NCBI GenBank assembly: GCA_963836235.1
Contig: CAWIIP010000005.1
Location: forward strand, 1-64,000
Direction of reading: 5' to 3'
Source of the DNA: an uncultured Pseudomonadota bacterium
GTDB lineage: Bacteria > Oederibacteriota > Muellerivitia > Muellerivitales > Muellerivitaceae
Length of the DNA: 64,000 nucleotides
Made by a program: the position numbers and the translations under genes. A model generated the notes under the pieces. It worked only from the letters and a program-made list of their open reading frames with translations, did no database searches and was not told the origin of the DNA. Shown here piece after piece: positions 31,699 to 39,554 of the stretch (positions are counted from its first letter, which is position 1; each line of letters opens with the position of its first letter).

Positions 31699-32838
31699 TT
31701 AAGAAGCGGATTTCAAAACCAGTTTCACCACTTGGGGCCGGCAAAGGGTCCGCAGGGGCGGAAACCCGCCGATACCCCGGTGGATGAAAAGAGTGGTCTC
31801 TTTCTCCCGCATGAATCCCGCGGCGAACTTGCGGCCCTGAACGGTCGGAACAATCAAGGGACCAATCAGCGGAAAGCAAATTTGTCCCCCATGGCAATGG
31901 CCGGAAATCTGGAGATGGGCTTTCAATTTTTTGGCTAAATAAAAATGATCCGGTTGATGGGCCAGCAGGATCTTGGCATCCCCTTCGGCCTGTAAAAGAG
32001 GGGTTACATCCCTTTTCCCTTCCCAATAATCATCCACCCCCAACAGGGCCAGGGTTTTACCCTTCCTTTTCAGGTAAACCACGTCATTTTGTAAAACCTT
32101 GATTCCGTCATCTTCGAGGGCTTTTCGCATTGCCGCCGCCCCTGCCCAATGATCGTGATTTCCCAACAAGGCATAGACACCCATAGGCGCCTTGAATCCT
32201 TTAAAGAGCCCCCGCATCGGCGCGATATCTTTGAAATGGGAAACAAAATCTCCCGTAAAAGCGAAGAAATCTGGTTTGAGTTTCTTGGCTTCCTCAAAAA
32301 CCATCCGCAGGTAATCCTTGTGGATATATTTTCCAAAATGGATGTCTGAAATCTGGACCAGGGAAATCCCGGAAAAGGCCTTGGGCCATTGGGGCAGGTA
32401 AAGGTCGTATTGGACGACTTCCAGGTCATAAATTTGATTGTCGATAAAAAGATTTTCTAGGAAAGGCAGGGGAACCTTGAAACGGGGCGGATGATTCGGA
32501 AAACGTTGGGCGACCATCCGGGCATCGACGGGTTGTAGCCGGAACCAATACCATCCGAAGTGGCTTACCGCCATCAGGAAAACCCATAAGACCGAACCGG
32601 CGGTATAAAACCGCCATGGGAAAGCCACTGATGGAAAGGATTCCATACGGAAATCCCAAACATGGGCCAAACCCAAGATCAAGGCCGATTGAATTCCAAA
32701 AATGAGAAGGGTGCCACCGATAACCCAAAGGTCTTCCGGAATAACTTGGCGGGGATGAAAGCTGACCCGGTTGACGAGAAATACGAATATCAAGAATTGG
32801 AAGAGAAGAAAAATCCAAAAAAGCGGCTGGAGAAACAT
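31699..32838 (-). CDS. Membrane-anchored metallophosphoesterase
   Basis: SDIH, GD, GNHD, HQP and GHCHGGQ motifs with N-terminal TM helices. Confidence 0.9.
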   Translation of the reverse strand: MFLQPLFWIFLLFQFLIFVFLVNRVSFHPRQVIPEDLWVIGGTLLIFGIQSALILGLAHVWDFRMESFPSVAFPWRFYTAGSVLWVFLMAVSHFGWYWFRLQPVDARMVAQRFPNHPPRFKVPLPFLENLFIDNQIYDLEVVQYDLYLPQWPKAFSGISLVQISDIHFGKYIHKDYLRMVFEEAKKLKPDFFAFTGDFVSHFKDIAPMRGLFKGFKAPMGVYALLGNHDHWAGAAAMRKALEDDGIKVLQNDVVYLKRKGKTLALLGVDDYWEGKRDVTPLLQAEGDAKILLAHQPDHFYLAKKLKAHLQISGHCHGGQICFPLIGPLIVPTVQGRKFAAGFMREKETTLFIHRGIGGFPPLRTLCRPQVVKLVLKSAS

Positions 32839-32939
32839 CTAAAGTCTCGGTTCTAAGTTTTAGTTAAAAGAAAGTTTTAATCAAAGGCAAAAACCGCCAA
32901 AACTTAACAGTCAAAACCCAAAGCTTAAAGCTTTCATTT

Positions 32940-33956
32940 TTATCTGTTTATCTCTTCCAAAAGCCGTTGACTGAGTTCCTCCGCCGAAACCGTAGCCACG
33001 CCCAGCTTCTCCACTTCGATTCCCGCCGCGTAATTGGCCAAGGCCGCCGCTTGGAAAAGGCTGGCGCCCGCCGTTAAGGCCAGGGTCAAGGTTGCGATCA
33101 CGGTATCTCCCGCCCCGGAGACGTCATAGACTTCCCGCGCCACCGTGGGAATGGTTCGGGGAGGCTGGTTCGGCTCAAAGAGAGTCATACCATGCTCACT
33201 GCGGGTCAAAACAACCGATTTGCAGCCCAAGCGTTTCATGACCTTAAACCCGATGGTCTCGAAAGTCTTGCCGACGGCGTCGGGGCCCAAGGCCTCCGTC
33301 ACTTCCTTCATGTTGGGTTTCATGACCGTCACGCCCTTGAACTCAAAAAAGTTGTGGAACTTAGGGTCCACCGTGATGATCTTCTTTTTCGACTTGGCGT
33401 AAGCGATGGACTTACGGATGACTTTGGAGGTTAAAAGCCCTTTGTTGTAATCCTCAAAAATAACCCCGTCGGCGTCACGGATCGCCGCGATAGCCCTTTG
33501 GATAACCTGGTCCTGCTGTTTGTCCGTAAGGGCGGATTTGACTTCACGGTCAATTCGGACGACCTGCTGGGTATTGGCGATAACGCGGGTTTTTTCAGTG
33601 GTAGGCCTGTCCGAAAGGGCGAGGATACCCGAGGTATCCACCTTAAGGTTTTTAAGTTCCTTAACCAGTTCTTTGCCCGCCGTATCCTTCCCGATCGTTC
33701 CGATAATGGCGGATTTTCCCCCGAGGGCGGTAATGTTGGCCGCCACGTTGGCCGCTCCGCCCGGCATCTTTTTATCGTCCTCGTTGATTTCCACCACGGG
33801 AATGGGCGCCTCGGGTGAAATCCGGGCCACTTCCCCCTTGATATAAACGTCCAGCATCATGTCGCCAATGACGACGACTTTCTTGTTTTGAAGGGAACTG
33901 ACCAAAGCCAACAATTCGGTTTGATCGACGGAAGAAAGGAGGGATTTCTTTTTCAT
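32940..33956 (-). CDS. rfaE1: D-glycero-beta-D-manno-heptose 7-phosphate kinase (stand-alone HldE domain I)
   Basis: RISPEAPIPV, GGAANVA, DYNKG and DVSGAGDT motifs. Confidence 0.92.
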   Translation of the reverse strand: MKKKSLLSSVDQTELLALVSSLQNKKVVVIGDMMLDVYIKGEVARISPEAPIPVVEINEDDKKMPGGAANVAANITALGGKSAIIGTIGKDTAGKELVKELKNLKVDTSGILALSDRPTTEKTRVIANTQQVVRIDREVKSALTDKQQDQVIQRAIAAIRDADGVIFEDYNKGLLTSKVIRKSIAYAKSKKKIITVDPKFHNFFEFKGVTVMKPNMKEVTEALGPDAVGKTFETIGFKVMKRLGCKSVVLTRSEHGMTLFEPNQPPRTIPTVAREVYDVSGAGDTVIATLTLALTAGASLFQAAALANYAAGIEVEKLGVATVSAEELSQRLLEEINR

Positions 33957-33957
33957 G

Positions 33958-34527
33958 TCAGGGAAACATCGCGGATTCAATGAGTTCGCAGAAGATATGC
34001 CCTATCAGCATATGGCACTCTTGAATGCGGTCGGTGGAAGAAGCGGGTACGACAATGGCGATATCCACTTCCTTGGCGATCTTACCGCCGTCACGGCCCA
34101 AAAGGCCTATGGTGTGAACCTTGTTTTTCTTGGCGGCCATCACGCCTTTCAGCACGTTCTCCGAATTACCGGAGGTCGACAGACCTACCGCTACGTCGCC
34201 GGACACGCAAAGTCCCTCAATTTGGTGCGAATAAATTTGATCGTAGCCGTAGTCATTCCCCAGGGCCGTCAAGGTGGAAGTATTCGTGTGCAAGGCCAGG
34301 GACATCAGGGCACGGCGGCGTTTCAGGTAATCGCCCACCAGTTCAGCGGCAATATGTTGGGCATCAGCCGCGCTTCCGCCGTTGCCGAACCAAACCGCCT
34401 TGTTCCCCCTTTTGTAGGCGTTCACCAGGACCTCTCCCGCCTTCTCAATTTGTGGCACGCACTTCGCCAGCAAATTCTGTTTGACCTGGATACTCTCTTC
34501 GATACGGCCCCGGATTTTGTCGATCAT
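33958..34527 (-). CDS. gmhA: Sedoheptulose 7-phosphate isomerase
   Basis: GNGGSAADAQH, NDYGY, STSGNS and RIQECH motifs. Confidence 0.95.
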   Translation of the reverse strand: MIDKIRGRIEESIQVKQNLLAKCVPQIEKAGEVLVNAYKRGNKAVWFGNGGSAADAQHIAAELVGDYLKRRRALMSLALHTNTSTLTALGNDYGYDQIYSHQIEGLCVSGDVAVGLSTSGNSENVLKGVMAAKKNKVHTIGLLGRDGGKIAKEVDIAIVVPASSTDRIQECHMLIGHIFCELIESAMFP

Positions 34528-34719
34528 AAAAGGCGCTCCTATACTTCGACTCGGTTAAAAGAAATCGGGATATTTTAACGTCCCATTGGCGGCTTAGCCA
34601 CCTCAAACAGTCCGGTAATATACTTGATGGCGACTCCTGGGCCAATAATAATGGACCTAAGTGTTTTTGAGCGCCCAGATTCTCCCGCGCACCCGGCTTG
34701 AGGCTTCAAACTTCCCAGG

Positions 34720-36114
34720 ATGGTTGGAATTAACTCCAACAAAGGACTCTATACCACATTGAAATCAAGACCTCTTGTCCCCGCGGACAAGCTTAAACCT
34801 TCCCCTCGGCCGCTACCCCAAACCACTCCTTGGTTTCTCTTCGCTTTGGGATTGGCCTTTTTGTTCCGGCTTGGTTTCGGCCTTTGTTCCGAGATCTGGT
34901 TCATCGACCAACAGCAAATTTATTTGATCGGTTTAAAGTATTACACGACCGGCCTCTGGCCCTATTTCGGCCCGGATGTGGCGCCACAAATCCAACTTCC
35001 CGGCGCCCTTCAAGGCCTCGTGGTAGGACTCCCCCTGGCCCTTTGGCCCATTCCCGAAGCGCCTTATCTATTCCTGAACCTTCTTTCCTTCGCGGGGCTC
35101 TGCTCTTTCGCCTGGTACTGCTCCAAACGCCTTCCCCAATTTCCCCAGTGGATCATTTACACCTGGCTCTTAACCGCGCCTTGGGTGATGAATTGGTCAA
35201 CTAACATCGATAATGATTCTTACGTGATTTTCGGGAGCTGTTTCTTTTTTATCGGCTTCCTGGAAACCCTGCCCGCCTTGAGCCTCGATCTTGTTTCCTT
35301 GCCGCTTGCCTGTTTCATGATGGGTTCAGCCCTCTTTTGGAACGCTCAATTCCATATGTCTTACGTGGTGCTGTTTCCTTTCGCCTTGGCGGCCTTGGCC
35401 CTTCGATGGCGGTTAACGCCTTCCCTGAAGATGCTTCCCCTAGGCCTGTCTTTTCTTTTGGGCGGGTTAATAACTGAAAGTTTTGTCATCCCAACTTACC
35501 TAAAGTATGGCTTGGCCCAAGGTTCCGGAGGTGCCTTGAACGCCATTGCCTTCAACCCCGAGAACTTCAAAAGCTTCTTCAATGTTTTAGCCCGGTTTTT
35601 CGCCCTCGCCGCCTGCGAAATTCCCCGCTTTATCGGCGCCAATAACGTGGAACGGTTTCAATTTTTATCGGAAAATCCCTGGATCGCGCCCTTTGCCGGC
35701 ATCGCCGGCATCCTGGGTTTGGCCCAATTGATCGTTTTGATCGTTTCTTTATTCCGGAAAGACCATCCCCAAAAGGATTGGGCGGCGGTGAAGTACTTGG
35801 CCCTGGGCACTTTCTTTTTGATTTATCTTAGTTTCCTCTTCGCCATTAAACCCCCGGCCGCCCATACCTATTACCTGGCCCTGCCGGTCGCCATGCTTTA
35901 TGGCTTTTATGTTTTCAGCCCTTGGGCTTCAAAAAGGTGGTTCCTCAAGGTGGCGGCCATTCTTTTGGCCTGCAACATCCTTTTTCACCTGGGACTCGCC
36001 CTACATAACCTGCCCCTTAAATCCCTCTACAAAAACCGGGATTTGTTCACGAGGGCTATCGCCGAGAAGAACTATCACTTGCTAGGCGAACGGCGGGAAG
36101 GCACGATTTACTAG
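34720..36114 (+). CDS. Polytopic membrane protein, possible GT-C glycosyltransferase
   Basis: More than ten hydrophobic segments; first loop WFIDQ resembles a GT-C loop; start uncertain. Confidence 0.6.
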   Translation: MVGINSNKGLYTTLKSRPLVPADKLKPSPRPLPQTTPWFLFALGLAFLFRLGFGLCSEIWFIDQQQIYLIGLKYYTTGLWPYFGPDVAPQIQLPGALQGLVVGLPLALWPIPEAPYLFLNLLSFAGLCSFAWYCSKRLPQFPQWIIYTWLLTAPWVMNWSTNIDNDSYVIFGSCFFFIGFLETLPALSLDLVSLPLACFMMGSALFWNAQFHMSYVVLFPFALAALALRWRLTPSLKMLPLGLSFLLGGLITESFVIPTYLKYGLAQGSGGALNAIAFNPENFKSFFNVLARFFALAACEIPRFIGANNVERFQFLSENPWIAPFAGIAGILGLAQLIVLIVSLFRKDHPQKDWAAVKYLALGTFFLIYLSFLFAIKPPAAHTYYLALPVAMLYGFYVFSPWASKRWFLKVAAILLACNILFHLGLALHNLPLKSLYKNRDLFTRAIAEKNYHLLGERREGTIY

Positions 36115-36139
36115 AGCCTGTTTGGCTCTCTTATTTTTT

Positions 36140-37960
36140 TTATTTCTCCGAAACAACAGCCGGATTCGGCTTTCTCTTAAACAAGGCGATCCCAAACCGG
36201 TTCGAGGTATAGGGAAAACTTCCAAAAACTTGGAGCAGGTCGTAATTTTTGAGGATGTAACCCATGATGTCCGCCCCGTAATCCTTTCCAAAAGAAGAAA
36301 AGCCTTGTTCGGTCGTGTCCCTTTGTAGAACCGCGACATAGGTAACCCGATAACGGTCCAATTGGTCCATTACGCGGGCCGAGGTGCCTTCAGGCGTCAA
36401 ATCCACCGGGTTATAGATGTAATCCGTCAGGGGATTAGTCCGGTCGGACAAGAAATTAAAACCTATGCCCTCGGGAAAAACGGCCAGGGTTTCATCGGAA
36501 AGCGTGTTCTGCTCGAGATATTCGAGGAATCGCTGGGAACTGAAATAGGGCTCGGTGGGAAAAAAGAATAAACTGCCCCGGGAGGATTTGACCTCCAAGG
36601 TGCTTTTACTGTACCAGTTCAAGGAGACTTTCACGCTTGCCAGAATGAAAAGAAGGCTCAGGAATATAAAGCCTCCTTTTACGAAAAGCCTGACGCTCTT
36701 TTCCGGAAAAAACGAGGGGATCATCCGCAAAAAGAAAAGGTAATAGACGATCAAACCCGGAACGATCAGGGTAAAACCAAAATGGCCTTCCCACACCCGG
36801 AAAAAAATACGAAGAAGCATCAAAAAAGAAAACAACGAAAGGGCCAGCACCAGGGATTCCCGCTCAACCTCTTGGCCCCGGTATAAGTTGCGGGCCGCTT
36901 GCAACCCCACCACCAGGCAAAGCAACGGCAAACAGCGGAACTGCGCTTGATAGCCGAAAAAAGAAATGAATAAGTAATAAGCGAAGCCTAGGGTGAGAAG
37001 GGCCGCCAAAAGGGTGAGAAAGCGCGCTTTAAATAAGGTGAATGAATTTTGGATGGACGAAGCGATGAACCCGCCCCCGGCAAACAAAAGGGCGAATAGC
37101 GTGTATAAAGAGCCGCTTATAAACCAAACCCGCAGGTTATCGCCGACATCATTCAAACCGGATAGGTTTTGCTCGAATGTTCCCCGGCTCGAAATGCGAT
37201 CGACAAAGGCCTTCCCGATTCCCGTCTCCCCCCAAAAAAGGGTTCCATAAAAAATAAAAAAGACGAGGATGGCGGTTCCCGCCGAAATCAAGGCAAGGGT
37301 CAAAGCCAGGCGGATCTTAGGCTTGCCACGGGATTTGTCCGCCATAAACTCCACCAGCGCCGGCAGGAAGAGCGCGGCCAATGCCATCAGGCCAACTTCA
37401 GGACGGGTCAGCAACGCCGAGCAAAGGAAGAAAACGGATAATATTCCCTGAACTTTCCCGGTCTTGTTTTCATTTCTTTTAAAAAAGAAAATCCCCAAAA
37501 GAGCGAAAGCCAAGCCATAGGTAACAGCGTAGGTGTAAGGGATGATGAAGTTGTAATTGCAAGGAGACACGTAATAACCAAAGGCGCAAACCGAGATAAA
37601 GGTAACAACTACCAGAACCGCCAAAAGCGGCCCCAAGACGGCCTTCGCCAATTTGTGCAGGGCGTAAACCGTCAGGAGGAGGGACAGGATTCCGCTGGCC
37701 ACCAAGCTTCCAATTTGAATCCCGCCGATCCTAAAAAAGAGGGCATTCAGATAAGGAACCAAGGGGCCGTATAGCCAAACTAGGTCCCGGTAGAGCATTT
37801 TCCCCGAAAGCAATTGGGCCGGAAAGTACCACTCTTTGCCGGTATCGACGATCAAGTCCCCCCATTTCATCCAGGAAAGTTGAAGGAAGACGGCGATCAA
37901 AAGGCCATAAAGTAAAAAAGGTGCGGAATCCAAAAAGCGCCGCTTGATGCCTTCATTCAT
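36140..37960 (-). CDS. Polytopic membrane protein, probable GT-C (ArnT/PMT-like) glycosyltransferase
   Basis: DTGKE..P..L..G..LYRD...YGP N-terminal loop, many TM helices and a soluble C-terminal domain. Confidence 0.7.
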   Translation of the reverse strand: MNEGIKRRFLDSAPFLLYGLLIAVFLQLSWMKWGDLIVDTGKEWYFPAQLLSGKMLYRDLVWLYGPLVPYLNALFFRIGGIQIGSLVASGILSLLLTVYALHKLAKAVLGPLLAVLVVVTFISVCAFGYYVSPCNYNFIIPYTYAVTYGLAFALLGIFFFKRNENKTGKVQGILSVFFLCSALLTRPEVGLMALAALFLPALVEFMADKSRGKPKIRLALTLALISAGTAILVFFIFYGTLFWGETGIGKAFVDRISSRGTFEQNLSGLNDVGDNLRVWFISGSLYTLFALLFAGGGFIASSIQNSFTLFKARFLTLLAALLTLGFAYYLFISFFGYQAQFRCLPLLCLVVGLQAARNLYRGQEVERESLVLALSLFSFLMLLRIFFRVWEGHFGFTLIVPGLIVYYLFFLRMIPSFFPEKSVRLFVKGGFIFLSLLFILASVKVSLNWYSKSTLEVKSSRGSLFFFPTEPYFSSQRFLEYLEQNTLSDETLAVFPEGIGFNFLSDRTNPLTDYIYNPVDLTPEGTSARVMDQLDRYRVTYVAVLQRDTTEQGFSSFGKDYGADIMGYILKNYDLLQVFGSFPYTSNRFGIALFKRKPNPAVVSEK

Positions 37961-37962
37961 GC

Positions 37963-37990
37963 CGTGATGAATCCCTCCAAGTGGTGGACA
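37963..37990 (+). repeat. Possible degenerate half-copy of the 28-bp site (site C)
   Basis: ...CCC-TC-CAAGTGGTGGACA; right arm matches consensus at 10/13; sits at the left edge of the second island. Confidence 0.4.
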
Positions 37991-38179
37991 GCCCAGACTA
38001 TTGTAGCCATTTCAAATGCGGGGCCGGGAAGGAAAGGGAGCAGATGCGGCCGTGGCGGGTCATACATTCCAGGTCCGGAATAGGGGAAGCCTCTTTCGTC
38101 GCCAAGGGAAAATCACGAGTCGGGCCTGAACCCACTCAAAATGGATAATAGAAGCCAGCTTTTCAAGAACCAATTGATA

Positions 38180-38953
38180 TCAATTTTGATTGATTTTTGA
38201 ATACGTAAAATTGAATACGTGGTGTTCATCACCAGCTTCTATTGTAATCGTTAATTTACCGGGGGTTTCTGTAATGGTCGGTAATTTAATTTTTACAATC
38301 CCGCCATACCAAGATTTCGGAAATATCGTTTCTTTTTTTAATACCGTTGACGATAAATCATGCATGTTCGTTTGATCCTCATCTACAATTCTCGCAAACC
38401 TTGCATCCGAATCCGCTTCGGCTTGATTTCGTGCCGCTTGAGCTTCAGCGTAGTTATATGTTGAACTTGAATAACTACCATAACCACTCGTACCGTATGT
38501 ATAAGTACCGTAAGTTTTTGAGTAACCCGCATTTTGTGCTTGAATCGAATCAGAAACGCCTTGAACTGCCGCGGACACAGTCTCCCAAGTTTCTCGATCC
38601 TTTTCTTCCTTAACCAAATCCTCATAGCTAAATATTTTCAGCGGTATTTCTCCACTTGATTCCGAATCTGTGGATTTTGCAGAAATGTTATCTGTAGAAA
38701 ATACAAAATCTCGGCGCAAACCATTTTTTACTTCGATTAAAAAATCACCCCTTTGCTCACTGGAAAACTTGTCTTCTAAAGGCGTAACAATGACTATATT
38801 TTTTTTTAGGGATATAAGCGATTTCTTTCCATCCTTAAATATTGCCTTTTGATTCTCGATCGGAGTAGCCGTTATTAATCCGTAGGTAGCGCATCCGAAT
38901 TCTAAAAAGGTAAATGGTAATAAGAGAAGCCAAAATAAATTCCTCATATTCAT
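38180..38953 (-). CDS. Hypothetical lipoprotein (AT-rich)
   Basis: Signal peptide ending LEFGC; Tyr/Gly/Ser-rich central segment. Confidence 0.75.
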   Translation of the reverse strand: MNMRNLFWLLLLPFTFLEFGCATYGLITATPIENQKAIFKDGKKSLISLKKNIVIVTPLEDKFSSEQRGDFLIEVKNGLRRDFVFSTDNISAKSTDSESSGEIPLKIFSYEDLVKEEKDRETWETVSAAVQGVSDSIQAQNAGYSKTYGTYTYGTSGYGSYSSSTYNYAEAQAARNQAEADSDARFARIVDEDQTNMHDLSSTVLKKETIFPKSWYGGIVKIKLPTITETPGKLTITIEAGDEHHVFNFTYSKINQN

Positions 38954-39093
38954 TTAATTTTCTCCTAACATGAATAATAACGCTATTTCTCGAACCATTT
39001 TACAATAACTGGGTTTAAAAAGTTCCTGCCTCCATTCTCCACTTCAAAAACCCCATCCCAAAAGTAGCCACTCAGCGACATTTTACGAATCCT

Positions 39094-39418
39094 TCATTTG
39101 CCAACCCGGTAAGCCCTTCGACGTTGCTCAGGGTAGATCGCCCGGGGTTCTTCCAAAAAACCGATTCGTTTCTTGAGTTTCTCGGGCGCCTTCATCAGTT
39201 CGCGGATGGCGCCAAGGGACGACCCAAAGGGTCGCCACTTGTCCTACGCCTTCGCTCAGGCCAAGTGCACGGCTAGTTCCCGGCTGAAGCCGGGAACATA
39301 GACTAGCCGGTCGAACACGGCTTGAAATTGGGCGTCGTGGGAACCGACCTTCTTTTCTAAAGCTTCCAGTTTCCGGGCCAAGTCTTTATGTATGGTCAGA
39401 GCCTCCCGAAAAAAAAAT
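39094..39418 (-). pseudogene. Remnant of the C-terminus of an ORF6N-type DNA-binding protein, split by insertions
   Basis: HKDLARKLEALEKKVGSHDAQFQAVFD | 99-bp insert | AIRELMKAPEKLKKRIGF; N-terminal domain missing. Confidence 0.7.
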
Positions 39419-39554
39419 GGGGCCAGGCCACCATTAACCATTTTGCGATGAATCCCTTCCCAATAATGCCCCACCGCCCCATAGCTTACCCCATTCTTTC
39501 TCCGATCTCCTTCAAGCTCAAGCCCGATTCTTAAACCCAATGCCGATGGGCCCC

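Noticed and set aside
38020-38095. CAGGTCCGGAA...GAAGC resembling SRP RNA domain IV
   Set aside because: The stem around the GGAA loop does not pair (TCC vs TAG) and there is no enclosing helix
39256-39540. 94-aa ORF as an intact gene
   Set aside because: Chimera of non-coding sequence, an ORF6N-like fragment and the hairpin insert; reported as a pseudogene instead
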